In this document: in pieces, positions 24,505 to 32,000 of the stretch
Layout: each line of letters begins with the position of its first letter
How positions within the stretch are numbered: the first letter of the stretch is position 1
NCBI RefSeq assembly: GCF_004365815.1
Contig: NZ_SODD01000010.1
Location: 1-32,000, forward strand
Source: Breznakia blatticola
Lineage (GTDB): Bacteria; Bacillota_I; Bacilli_A; Erysipelotrichales; Erysipelotrichaceae
Direction: 5' to 3'
DNA length: 32,000 nt
The notes under the pieces: generated by a model
Told to the model about the DNA's origin: nothing
Databases searched by the model: none
Seen by the model: only the letters and a program-made list of their open reading frames with translations
Program-made: the position numbers and the translations under genes

Positions 24505-26895
24505 ATGTTAATAAGTAGAAAATGGTTAAGCCAATATATGGATATTCAAGCATATACCATTGAAGAGTTGGCTGATAAAATTACTGCTGCAGGTCTTGAA
24601 GTCGAAGGAATTGAAGTCCTTGCAAGTGGAACAAATTTAGTAATAGGGGAAGTTATTGAATGTAATCCTCATCCAGATAGTGATCATTTATCTGTTACAA
24701 AAGTCGATGTAAAGGATGAAGTGTTACAAATTGTTTGTGGAGCACCAAACGTTCGCAAAGGTTTAAAAGTAATCGTTGCTAAAGTAGGGGCAAAACTTCC
24801 AGAAATCGAAATCAAAAAAGGAAATATCCGTGGTGTCGAAAGTAATGGTATGCTTTGCAGTTTACTTGAACTTGGAATAGATGCAAAAAGTTTAACGGAA
24901 CAACAAAAAGCTGGAATTGAAGAATTAGATAGCGATGCTATTGTTGGTGAAACAGATGTGCTTGCTTATTTAGGTCTTGATGATGAAGTATTAGATATTG
25001 GACTTACACCTAATCGTAATGATTGTTTAGCAGCATTTTCAATGGCAAAAGAAGCAGGAGCAATCCTAGATACTCCAGTTATGTTGCCTTCTTATGAAGG
25101 AGCAGCAAATGGTGGAGATGCATCACAACTTGTAGTTAAAAGTGAAACAGAAAAATGTCCACTATATTCAGGAAAGATTATCAATTCACTAACAATTAAA
25201 GAAAGTCCAAAATGGATGCAAGAACTACTACATTCAAGTGGAATTAAATCGATTAATAATGTAGTTGATATTTCAAACTTAGTTATGCTAGAAACAGGAC
25301 AACCACTACATTTCTTTGACTTATCAAAACTAGAAAAACAAGAAATTATCGTTAAAGATGGATTGCATGAAACATATACTGCTCTTGATGGAATTACATA
25401 CCAATTAGAACCAGAGGATATTGTGATTACGATTAATGATAAGCCAGTAGCAATTGGTGGAGTCATGGGTGGTGATGATTCAAAAATTGATGATGATACA
25501 ACTGCAATTTTAATCGAGACAGCAAGTTTTGATCATGTAAGTATTCGAAATACAGCACGTCGTTTAAATCTAAATACAGATGCAAGTATTCGTTACCAAA
25601 AAGGTATTGAACCATTAGCTCCTTATAAAGCAATGGATCGTGCAGTTCAACTACTTGTTGAATACGCAGATGCAAAAGGTATTGAAGAAACAAAATATTC
25701 TGCAGATGTAGCTTATGAAGATACGGCATTTGATGTAAATTTACAAGCAATCAATGAATTGTTAGGATTAGAAATCAGCGAAGAAAAAGCTATGGAAGTA
25801 CTTACACGCTTAGATTTTGCACCAACAAAAACTGGGGATATGATTCACGTTGTCATTCCAAGTTACCGTACAGATATTAAAATTGAAGCAGATATTGCTG
25901 AAGAACTCGTACGTTTAATTGGTTTTGATGATTTACCATCAACTCTTCCATTAATGCCTGAAACAGAAGGGAAGTTAAATAAACGCCAACAACTTCGTCG
26001 TTTATTACGCAATACATTATGTGCACAAGGACTACAAGAAGTCGTTACTTATACATTAATTAGTGATGATATGAATCGTGATGCAATTATGCCACAAGCT
26101 ACAAATGTTGCAGTTGCTTCACCAATGAGTGAAGATCGTAAAACTATTCGTGGTAGTATTTTACCAAGCATGTTAAACTGTATTGCTTATAATAAAGCGC
26201 GTAGTGTAAAAAATGTAGCATTCTTCGAAATCTCTGAAGTATATTCAAATGAAGATAGTGAAGAGCGTCTAGCACTTGCAATTCAAGGAGATCTTCAACA
26301 AAATCGTCATTTACATTATGAAATCAAACCTGATTTCTATACAATGAAGGGTTTAATTGAAGCACTACTAGATAAACTTGGCTATAATGCAAGTCGTGTT
26401 ATGATTAAAGAAAATGATGTAGATACAACACATTTCCATCCATACCAAAGTGCTGCTGTATACATTGGTCGTGACTTATTAGGTATTATTGGAGTCATTC
26501 ATCCAACTATGGCAAAAGCATATGGTGTAGATACAACCGTAATGGCAGAATTAAAACTTGAAGTGATTCTAAAAAATAAAACAAGTAAAGTTAAATTCGA
26601 AGCGATTTCGAAATATCCAAATGTAGTTCGTGACTTAGCATTTGTAGTTGATGTAGAAACACCTGCTGGAGAAATTATCAAAGCAATTAAAACCACAGGT
26701 AAAAATGTAATCCAAGATGTTGAAGTGTTTGATGACTATCGTGGAGAACATGTGGAAGCTGGAAAGAAATCATTAGCGATTTCGATTACCTTCCAAGCAA
26801 AAGACCACACGTTAACCGATGAGGAGATTACAAACTTGTATAATCAAGCAAGAGATGTAGTAAAACAAAAATTTAACGCAGAGTTAAGAGGATAA
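24505..26895 (+). CDS. pheT: Phenylalanine--tRNA ligase beta subunit
   Basis: 796 aa with MLISRKWLSQYM, a tRNA-binding OB domain (HPDSDHLSVTKVDV), and B3/4, B5 and FDX-ACB C-terminal domains. SD AGGAGG. Confidence 0.93.
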   Translation: MLISRKWLSQYMDIQAYTIEELADKITAAGLEVEGIEVLASGTNLVIGEVIECNPHPDSDHLSVTKVDVKDEVLQIVCGAPNVRKGLKVIVAKVGAKLPEIEIKKGNIRGVESNGMLCSLLELGIDAKSLTEQQKAGIEELDSDAIVGETDVLAYLGLDDEVLDIGLTPNRNDCLAAFSMAKEAGAILDTPVMLPSYEGAANGGDASQLVVKSETEKCPLYSGKIINSLTIKESPKWMQELLHSSGIKSINNVVDISNLVMLETGQPLHFFDLSKLEKQEIIVKDGLHETYTALDGITYQLEPEDIVITINDKPVAIGGVMGGDDSKIDDDTTAILIETASFDHVSIRNTARRLNLNTDASIRYQKGIEPLAPYKAMDRAVQLLVEYADAKGIEETKYSADVAYEDTAFDVNLQAINELLGLEISEEKAMEVLTRLDFAPTKTGDMIHVVIPSYRTDIKIEADIAEELVRLIGFDDLPSTLPLMPETEGKLNKRQQLRRLLRNTLCAQGLQEVVTYTLISDDMNRDAIMPQATNVAVASPMSEDRKTIRGSILPSMLNCIAYNKARSVKNVAFFEISEVYSNEDSEERLALAIQGDLQQNRHLHYEIKPDFYTMKGLIEALLDKLGYNASRVMIKENDVDTTHFHPYQSAAVYIGRDLLGIIGVIHPTMAKAYGVDTTVMAELKLEVILKNKTSKVKFEAISKYPNVVRDLAFVVDVETPAGEIIKAIKTTGKNVIQDVEVFDDYRGEHVEAGKKSLAISITFQAKDHTLTDEEITNLYNQARDVVKQKFNAELRG

Positions 26896-26902
26896 AATAT
26901 AA

Positions 26903-26939
26903 GTTACAGGAAATGTCTTAATACTTCCTGTAGCTTTTT
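26903..26939 (+). terminator. Rho-independent terminator after pheT
   Basis: GTTACAGGAA (26903-26912) pairs with TTCCTGTAGC (26925-34), followed by TTTTT. Confidence 0.75.
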
Positions 26940-26969
26940 ATATAAACAAAACATAGGAGGACTAAAAAC

Positions 26970-27254
26970 ATGAAATTTGCATATATTATTATGGGACCTT
27001 TTCAAAGTGATGTGGATCATGCAACTATTCACAATGAAAAGGCCAGAATTATTGGTGTGAGTACTGTAGAAGAAGGATGTGCAGTTGCTAAGCGTCTACA
27101 AAAAGAAGGAATTAGTTGTATTGAACTATGCGGTGCATTTACACAAAAAGGTGCTAGACAAGTTATAGAAGCAACAAATGGCGAAATAGCTATTGGCTAT
27201 GTAATACATGATGAAGATCAAAATGAAGTATACGATAAAGTTTTTTCACGCTAA
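26970..27254 (+). CDS. Uncharacterised 94-aa soluble protein
   Basis: Strong SD (AGGAGG). Plausible alpha/beta composition. No motif that I recognise with confidence. Confidence 0.6.
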   Translation: MKFAYIIMGPFQSDVDHATIHNEKARIIGVSTVEEGCAVAKRLQKEGISCIELCGAFTQKGARQVIEATNGEIAIGYVIHDEDQNEVYDKVFSR

Positions 27255-27317
27255 ATATTCCTAGTATCTTCACTCATTGGGTGATATAATTAGAAAAATT
27301 ATTTTGGGGGATACATT

Positions 27318-28496
27318 ATGAAATACGCAAAACGAATGAATCATATAAAGGCATCAGAAATACGTGAAATATTGAAAATAACTGAGAATCCAGAGGTTAT
27401 TTCGTTTGCGGGGGGACTTCCAGCACCTGAGTTATTTCCAATTGAAGAAATTAAACGAATTAATGAAATTGTTTTAGAAGAAGATGGACAAAAGGCACTG
27501 CAATATACAACAACTGAAGGATATCAACCACTACGAGCTTGGATAGCAAACCGTATGAAAAAACGTTTACAAACTAGTTTTGATGCAGATAAAATACTGA
27601 TTACACACGGTTCGCAACAAGCACTTGATCTAAGTGGTAAAGTATTCTTAGATGAAGGTGATTATGTAGTTTGTGAGAGTCCTACTTATTTAGCTGCAAT
27701 TAGTGCATTTAAGATGTATGGTGCAAAGTTCATAGAGATTGACTGTGATGATACAGGAATGGATATGGATGCCTTAGAAGAGCAGTTAAAACAAAACCAA
27801 AAGATTAAGTATATATATGTCATCCCAGATTTTCAAAATCCGACAGGAAGAACTTGGAGTCTAGAAAAACGTAAACGAATTGCCCAACTATCTAATATGT
27901 ATGATGTTCCAATTATCGAAGATAATCCATATGGTGAGTTACGATTTGAAGGTGAATATTTGCCTTCAATTGCATCATTTGATAAAAAGGGAACATGTAT
28001 TGTAACTGGAACATTTTCAAAAACATACTGTCCAGGATATCGTATTGGATGGGTTGCAGCAAATAGTGATTTAATTAAACAATATGTTCTTGTTAAACAG
28101 GGTTCGGATTTACAGTGTAATACGATGTCCCAATTAGCGATTGCAAAGTTTGTTGAATTATATGATCTTGATGCGCATATTCAAACCATCACTAAAGTAT
28201 ATAAAAGACGACGTGATTTAGCGGTTCAAACAATGCATCAAGCATTTCCAAAGAATGTACATTTTACAGAACCTGAAGGTGGATTGTTTGCATGGGTAGA
28301 GTTACCAGAACATATTAATGCACGTGATGTGTTAGATACTTGTTTAGCATCAAATATTGCATTTGTACCTGGTGGCTCATTCTTTCCAAACGGTGGACAT
28401 GAAAATACGTTTCGAATCAATTTCTCAAATATGAGTGAAGACCGTATAGTAGAAGGTCTTACAAAACTAGGAGATATTCTTAATCAATTTGTATAA
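27318..28496 (+). CDS. PLP-dependent aminotransferase, class I/II fold
   Basis: 392 aa with ISFAGGLPAPELFP, IPDFQNPTG and the SFSKTYCPGYRIGW lysine motif, then FAWVELPE...FVPGGSFF. An extended -10 TGATATAAT lies at 27282-27290. Substrate not inferable. Confidence 0.85.
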   Translation: MKYAKRMNHIKASEIREILKITENPEVISFAGGLPAPELFPIEEIKRINEIVLEEDGQKALQYTTTEGYQPLRAWIANRMKKRLQTSFDADKILITHGSQQALDLSGKVFLDEGDYVVCESPTYLAAISAFKMYGAKFIEIDCDDTGMDMDALEEQLKQNQKIKYIYVIPDFQNPTGRTWSLEKRKRIAQLSNMYDVPIIEDNPYGELRFEGEYLPSIASFDKKGTCIVTGTFSKTYCPGYRIGWVAANSDLIKQYVLVKQGSDLQCNTMSQLAIAKFVELYDLDAHIQTITKVYKRRRDLAVQTMHQAFPKNVHFTEPEGGLFAWVELPEHINARDVLDTCLASNIAFVPGGSFFPNGGHENTFRINFSNMSEDRIVEGLTKLGDILNQFV

Positions 28497-28507
28497 CAAA
28501 ACATAAT

Positions 28508-28551
28508 AAAAGGTTTTCTAAACACGCATTGCGTAATGGAAAACCTTTTTA
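28508..28551 (+). terminator. Rho-independent terminator after the aminotransferase gene
   Basis: AAAAGGTTTTC (28508-28518) pairs with GAAAACCTTTT (28539-28549), with an inner ACGC/GCGT stem, followed by T-rich sequence. Confidence 0.75.
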
Positions 28552-28616
28552 ATATATGTACTTCTTAGCAATGAAATCACGAAGGAAATAAGTGCTTGCA
28601 AGTTAAGATTATATGA

Positions 28617-28718
28617 TTTCTTCCTGAATATCAAGGAGCTACTGATCTTGATTTACATGAACTTGAAGAATATTTAACATATAAAGGCTACTCATGTAAA
28701 ACAAGTGCAAACAACTAA
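28617..28718 (+). pseudogene. Possible 3' remnant of a decayed gene (33 open codons, no start codon)
   Basis: Reads FLPEYQGATDLDLHELEEYLTYKGYSCKTSANN* with no in-frame ATG, GTG or TTG. Followed about 35 nt later by its own terminator-like hairpin. Confidence 0.2.
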
Positions 28719-28753
28719 GTATTGTAAGCTGACTAAGTAAATCGATTATATAA

Positions 28754-28785
28754 AGTTACAGAATACTCTGTGACTTTTATATTTT
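28754..28785 (+). terminator. Orphan terminator-like hairpin
   Basis: AGTTACAG (28754-61) pairs with CTGTGACT (28768-75) over 8 bp including one G-U, followed by TTTTATATTTT. No intact CDS lies upstream of it. Confidence 0.45.
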
Positions 28786-28786
28786 A

Positions 28787-28839
28787 TTGACGGCTAATGA
28801 TTGTTAGCCTATAATGGATGTAGCTAATGATAATTAGCT
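28787..28839 (+). promoter_or_regulatory. TetR-gene promoter (TTGACG-17-TATAAT) with two related palindromic operators
   Basis: -35 at 28787-28792 and -10 at 28810-28815. GGCTAA-N6-TTAGCC fills the spacer (28792-28809). AGCTAAT-N4-ATTAGCT at 28822-28839 lies between the -10 and the SD. Confidence 0.6.
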
Positions 28840-28849
28840 TGGAGGATGT

Positions 28850-29476
28850 ATGAATACAAAAGATCGAATTGTTGAATGTGCATTACAACTATTTTCTAAA
28901 AGAGGATATAGTGCTGTAAGTGTTGAAGAAATTGCAAAAAATGTGGGTATTAAAGCTCCATCACTTTATAAACATTTCAAAGGAAAACAAGCAATACTTG
29001 ATGCGATTGTTGATGAAATGAATTGTCGTTACATAAAAACTATGCATAAACTAAATATCAGTGGAAGTGATGCTTTAATGGATGTTTCAAAATTATCTAT
29101 CATTTCCAATGAACAACTTACAAATATCGGGAAATACCTCTTTTCGTTCTTTATACATGATGAGTGGATACAACAGTATCGAAAGTTACTTGTTTTGGAA
29201 CAGTTTCATAATAGAGATATTGCACAGCATTATACGAATCAGTATTTCAAGGATCCACTTAATTATTTGGAGTCATTATTTTCATCAATGATGGATAACA
29301 ATCAAATGCATGTATATAATGCAAAAATTATTGCTATGCATTTTTATGCACCTATAAAACAGTTAATTGATCTATGCGATTCAGATGCTCAATTTGAAAA
29401 TGAAGCGCTTGTATTACTAGAACAACACTTACAACAGTTCAATGCGTTATATAGAGTAGAGGAGCATCAATTATGA
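28850..29476 (+). CDS. TetR/AcrR-family transcriptional regulator
   Basis: 208 aa. N-terminal HTH (KDRIVECALQLFSKRGYSAVSVEEIAKNVGIKAPSLYKHFKGKQAIL). SD GGAGG. Confidence 0.88.
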   Translation: MNTKDRIVECALQLFSKRGYSAVSVEEIAKNVGIKAPSLYKHFKGKQAILDAIVDEMNCRYIKTMHKLNISGSDALMDVSKLSIISNEQLTNIGKYLFSFFIHDEWIQQYRKLLVLEQFHNRDIAQHYTNQYFKDPLNYLESLFSSMMDNNQMHVYNAKIIAMHFYAPIKQLIDLCDSDAQFENEALVLLEQHLQQFNALYRVEEHQL

Positions 29477-30123
29477 AACGTAGAAGAATTCAATATTTTG
29501 GGCTTATGGGTATTGTGAGTTTTATAGCGTATGTTATGACAATTACATGTTCAACTTTTGCTTATCCTAATTATAATTGGATGTCACAAGCAGTAAGCGA
29601 TTTATTTGCATTAGATTCTCCTGCTCTTGGTTTGTGGAATCAACTAACCATTGTATATATGGCAAGTGGAATTGTTAGTATCACACTTGTTTATGTGTAT
29701 ATAGAAAATAAGTTAAATCAATGGATTCAATTAGGTATCGGATTATTCACTTTAATGAATTGGATTTCTTGTATAGGCTATCAATTATTTCCATTATCAC
29801 AAAAAGGATATGCAGGTACATTTACGGACTTCATGCATACATATGTAGTTACACTACTTGTTGTTTTATTGTCTATTACGTCGTTGATATGTATTATCAT
29901 AGGTGGATATAAAGATAAAACCTATATCAATTTATCTAGATGGGCTGCTACTTCGCTACTATTTATGACGTTTGGAGCAATCGGAGTAGGTATTGTCCCT
30001 TCAGAATTCTTTGGAATTCCTGAACGGTTCAGCGTTTTATCAGCGACTTTTTTTAATGCTGTACTTGGATATTATTTATATAGAGGGTTTCAATTTCCAA
30101 CTAAAAAGCAACGGGTATTATAA
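29473..30123 (+). CDS. Polytopic membrane protein, possibly DUF998-like
   Basis: 216 aa with about 6 hydrophobic helices and an N-terminal YPNYNWMSQAVSDL segment. The start overlaps the TetR stop (ATGA). Family assignment is from memory and tentative. Confidence 0.65.
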   Translation: MKRRRIQYFGLMGIVSFIAYVMTITCSTFAYPNYNWMSQAVSDLFALDSPALGLWNQLTIVYMASGIVSITLVYVYIENKLNQWIQLGIGLFTLMNWISCIGYQLFPLSQKGYAGTFTDFMHTYVVTLLVVLLSITSLICIIIGGYKDKTYINLSRWAATSLLFMTFGAIGVGIVPSEFFGIPERFSVLSATFFNAVLGYYLYRGFQFPTKKQRVL

Positions 30124-30140
30124 CTCGTTGCTTTTGTTTT
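30103..30140. terminator. Bidirectional terminator shared by convergent genes
   Basis: AGCAACG (30107-30113) pairs with CGTTGCT (30126-30132), flanked by AAAAA and TTTTGTTTTT. The loop carries both stop codons. Confidence 0.65.
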
Positions 30141-30588
30141 TCATTAGTTTTTGTAGCAATGCTTCACAACCAATAACGACATCTACGTAGGTTGTCTCAT
30201 AATCACCAGTATACCAGGGATCAGCAATACCTCGTTTTAATGACGTTAAATCTAATAGTTTGAAAACACGATCATCTTTAAGATTTAACATCCGTTTTGT
30301 GTTATTCACATTTGCATCATCCATACATATAAAATAATCATATGCTTGTGCATCTGAAGCTATGAGACGGGTTGCTTGATGTCTAGTGTATGGTATATCT
30401 TTTGCATTTAAAATGCGTTTGGTCCCAGGGTGCATATCATTTCCAATTTCCTCATTGCTAGTAGCTCTTGAAACAATTGTATAACCTTCAAGGTTTGCTT
30501 TTTTCACCATGTCTTTAAATACATATTCAGCCATTGGTGAACGACAAATATTGCCATGACATACAAAACAAATTCTTTTTTTATCCAT
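30118..30588 (-). CDS. Low-molecular-weight protein tyrosine (or arginine) phosphatase
   Basis: C-X5-R P-loop in ICFVCHGNICRSPMAE and a DPWY catalytic-Asp motif. Start moved to 30588 (MDKKRICF), which has SD AAGGAG 6 nt upstream. Confidence 0.88.
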   Translation of the reverse strand: MDKKRICFVCHGNICRSPMAEYVFKDMVKKANLEGYTIVSRATSNEEIGNDMHPGTKRILNAKDIPYTRHQATRLIASDAQAYDYFICMDDANVNNTKRMLNLKDDRVFKLLDLTSLKRGIADPWYTGDYETTYVDVVIGCEALLQKLMKNKSNEL

Positions 30589-30666
30589 TATGAACTCCTT
30601 TTTATCATTCATATTTTAACACGAAATTCATCAAGTAATCGCTTACTATCTATACAATTTCGCATT

Positions 30667-30675
30667 TGCTATAAT
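30667..30675 (+). promoter_or_regulatory. Extended -10 promoter (TGCTATAAT) facing mtlA
   Basis: Exact nonamer about 135 nt upstream of the mtlA ATG. No clear -35. Confidence 0.4.
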
Positions 30676-30699
30676 AGAGATATAAAAGCCTATGTAATT

Positions 30700-30721
30700 T
30701 TGTCACTAAAGGGTGTGACAA
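30700..30721. promoter_or_regulatory. Inverted repeat TTGTCAC-N8-GTGACAA (candidate MtlR-type operator or leader RNA hairpin)
   Basis: Perfect 7-bp arms at 30700-30706 and 30715-30721. As I recall it, the half-sites resemble the TTGNCACA / TGTGNCAA pattern of Bacillus MtlR sites. Confidence 0.4.
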
Positions 30722-30738
30722 ACATGATTTTCGTTTTA

Positions 30739-30767
30739 TTGATAGATGGATAAGCCTCTTTTACAAT
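30739..30767 (+). promoter_or_regulatory. Candidate mtlA promoter TTGATA-17-TACAAT
   Basis: Hexamers at 30739-30744 and 30762-30767 with a 17 nt spacer, 19 nt downstream of the inverted repeat. Confidence 0.4.
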
Positions 30768-30810
30768 GAAAGTGTCAAAGGAAGTCTTAGACAGAAAAGA
30801 GGAGATTTAA

Positions 30811-32000
30811 ATGAAAGAAGGTATTCAAAAGTTTGGTCGATTCCTGAGTGGAATGGTAATGCCAAACATCGCAGCATTTATTGCTTGGGGTTTAATCACT
30901 GCTTTATTTATTGAAACTGGTTGGTTACCAAATGCGAAGTTTGCAGCTTTAGTTGGTCCGATGCTGACATACTTGCTTCCAATTCTAATTGGTTATACAG
31001 GTGGTCATATGATCTACAAACAGCGTGGTGGTGTTGTAGCAGCTATTGCATCACTTGGTGTTATTGGTGGTGGACTTAACTTATTAGGGGAAGGTCAAAA
31101 CGTAACGATGTTCTTAGGTGTTATGATTATTGCACCAATTGCTGGTTACTTGACTAAGAAAATGGATGCAATGCTAGATGGACATGTCAAAGGTGGTTTT
31201 GAGATGTTGGTAAACAACTTCTCAGCTGGTATTCTTGGATTTATTCTAGCATTAATTGGAATGGTTGTAATTGGTCCAGTAAGTTTAGCAATCAATGATT
31301 TTCTAGGAGCAGCAGTTGATGTATTGGTAGAAAATAATATGTTACCGTTAACATCAATCTTCGTTGAACCTGCAAAAGTTTTATTCTTAAACAATGCAAT
31401 TAATCATGGTATTTTCACCCCAATGGGAGCAGAACAAGTACTAGAAACAGGAAAATCAATTTTCTATTTAATTGAAGCAAACCCTGGTCCAGGTCTTGGA
31501 TTATTGCTTGTATATTCTATCTTTGGAAAAGGTATGGCAAAAGCAAGTGCACCAGGAGCGGCAATCATCCACTTCTTTGGTGGAATTCACGAAATTTACT
31601 TTCCATACGTTATGATGAATCCATTGTTAATTGTTGCAATGATGGCAGGAGGAGCTAGTGGAGTATTCATTAATGTGATTTTCAACAGTGGATTAACTGG
31701 TCCAGCAAGCCCAGGAAGTATTATTGCAATAATGGGTATGGCTGAAAAAGGTAGCTTCTTAGGTGTTGCATTAAGTGTTGTTGTAAGTTGCGTAGTTACA
31801 TTTGTGGTAGGAGCATTTATCTTAAAACTAACTAATGGAAAAGATGTTGACTTAGAAGATGCACAAGCACAAGTGAATGACCGTAAAGCTGAATCAAAAG
31901 GGATTCAACAAGCATCAACGACAATTACAAAAGTTGTATTTGCATGTGATGCAGGAATGGGATCTAGTGCAATGGGAGCAACCACACTAACAAAGAAACT
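30811..32000 (+). CDS. mtlA: PTS mannitol-specific EIICB component (3' end outside the window)
   Basis: MKEGIQKFGRFLSGMVMPNIAAFIAWGLITALFIETGWLPN...LLPILIGYTGG is typical of the MtlA EIIC domain. The EIIB Cys motif VFACDAGMGSSAMGA lies near 31940. SD GAGGAG. The frame stays open to the window end, and this gene is absent from the ORF track. Confidence 0.9.
   Translation, partial: MKEGIQKFGRFLSGMVMPNIAAFIAWGLITALFIETGWLPNAKFAALVGPMLTYLLPILIGYTGGHMIYKQRGGVVAAIASLGVIGGGLNLLGEGQNVTMFLGVMIIAPIAGYLTKKMDAMLDGHVKGGFEMLVNNFSAGILGFILALIGMVVIGPVSLAINDFLGAAVDVLVENNMLPLTSIFVEPAKVLFLNNAINHGIFTPMGAEQVLETGKSIFYLIEANPGPGLGLLLVYSIFGKGMAKASAPGAAIIHFFGGIHEIYFPYVMMNPLLIVAMMAGGASGVFINVIFNSGLTGPASPGSIIAIMGMAEKGSFLGVALSVVVSCVVTFVVGAFILKLTNGKDVDLEDAQAQVNDRKAESKGIQQASTTITKVVFACDAGMGSSAMGATTLTKK

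Noticed and set aside
26970-27254. The 94-aa protein upstream of the aminotransferase as a novel system component.
   Set aside because: It has a strong SD and looks like a real gene. I have no motif, partner logic or structural signal beyond adjacency, so it is recorded as a feature only.
30762-30780. A CcpA cre site overlapping the candidate mtlA -10 (ATGAAAGTGTCAAAG).
   Set aside because: It mismatches the WTGNAANCGNWNNCW consensus at the central CG and at several flanking positions. The match is too weak to report.
1-32000. Mobile elements, CRISPR arrays, tandem repeats, rRNA/tRNA genes and defence islands.
   Set aside because: Reading both strands, I found no transposase, integrase, recombinase or phage-like ORFs, no regularly spaced direct repeats and no tRNA-like T-arm or acceptor patterns in the intergenic regions. 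Synteny is that of a core chromosome. A proper tRNAscan, Infernal or repeat scan could still find small elements that I cannot see by eye.

Overview
This is an AT-rich, gene-dense chromosomal segment from a low-GC Gram-positive bacterium (Bacillota). I cannot assign a species from sequence alone. I call about 30 intact CDS. Nearly all are housekeeping genes in Bacillus-like synteny: cysE, a CBS-type family II pyrophosphatase, rqcH divergent from gmk, a yneF-like gene, a polysaccharide deacetylase plus a monofunctional GT51 transglycosylase, an asymmetric heterodimeric ABC exporter, marR, plsY next to parE-parC, a TrmH-family RNA methyltransferase, a Phe T-box leader with pheS-pheT, an aminotransferase, a TetR plus membrane-protein pair, an LMW phosphatase, and mtlA cut by the window end. 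I found no rRNA, tRNA, CRISPR array, transposase, integrase or phage genes. Standard code 11 fits: all conserved proteins read through intact and TGA is used once as a stop. I do not see a convincing novel multi-gene system. The best leads are: (1) a membrane-anchored MutS paralogue with core and ATPase domains only, directly downstream of rqcH; (2) a recurring -10 box placed 6-7 nt before an ATG with no Shine-Dalgarno (SD) sequence at four genes, which suggests leaderless mRNAs; (3) three uncharacterised genes tightly coupled to the 3' end of parE-parC, one with an HExxH motif; (4) a 24-codon upstream ORF (uORF) with the strongest SD in the window, in frame with the next gene; (5) structured regulatory DNA upstream of marR, the TetR gene and mtlA; (6) two intergenic spacers that ORFs do not explain. 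All coordinates were counted by hand. Hairpins, promoters and family assignments come from motif reading, not from searches.
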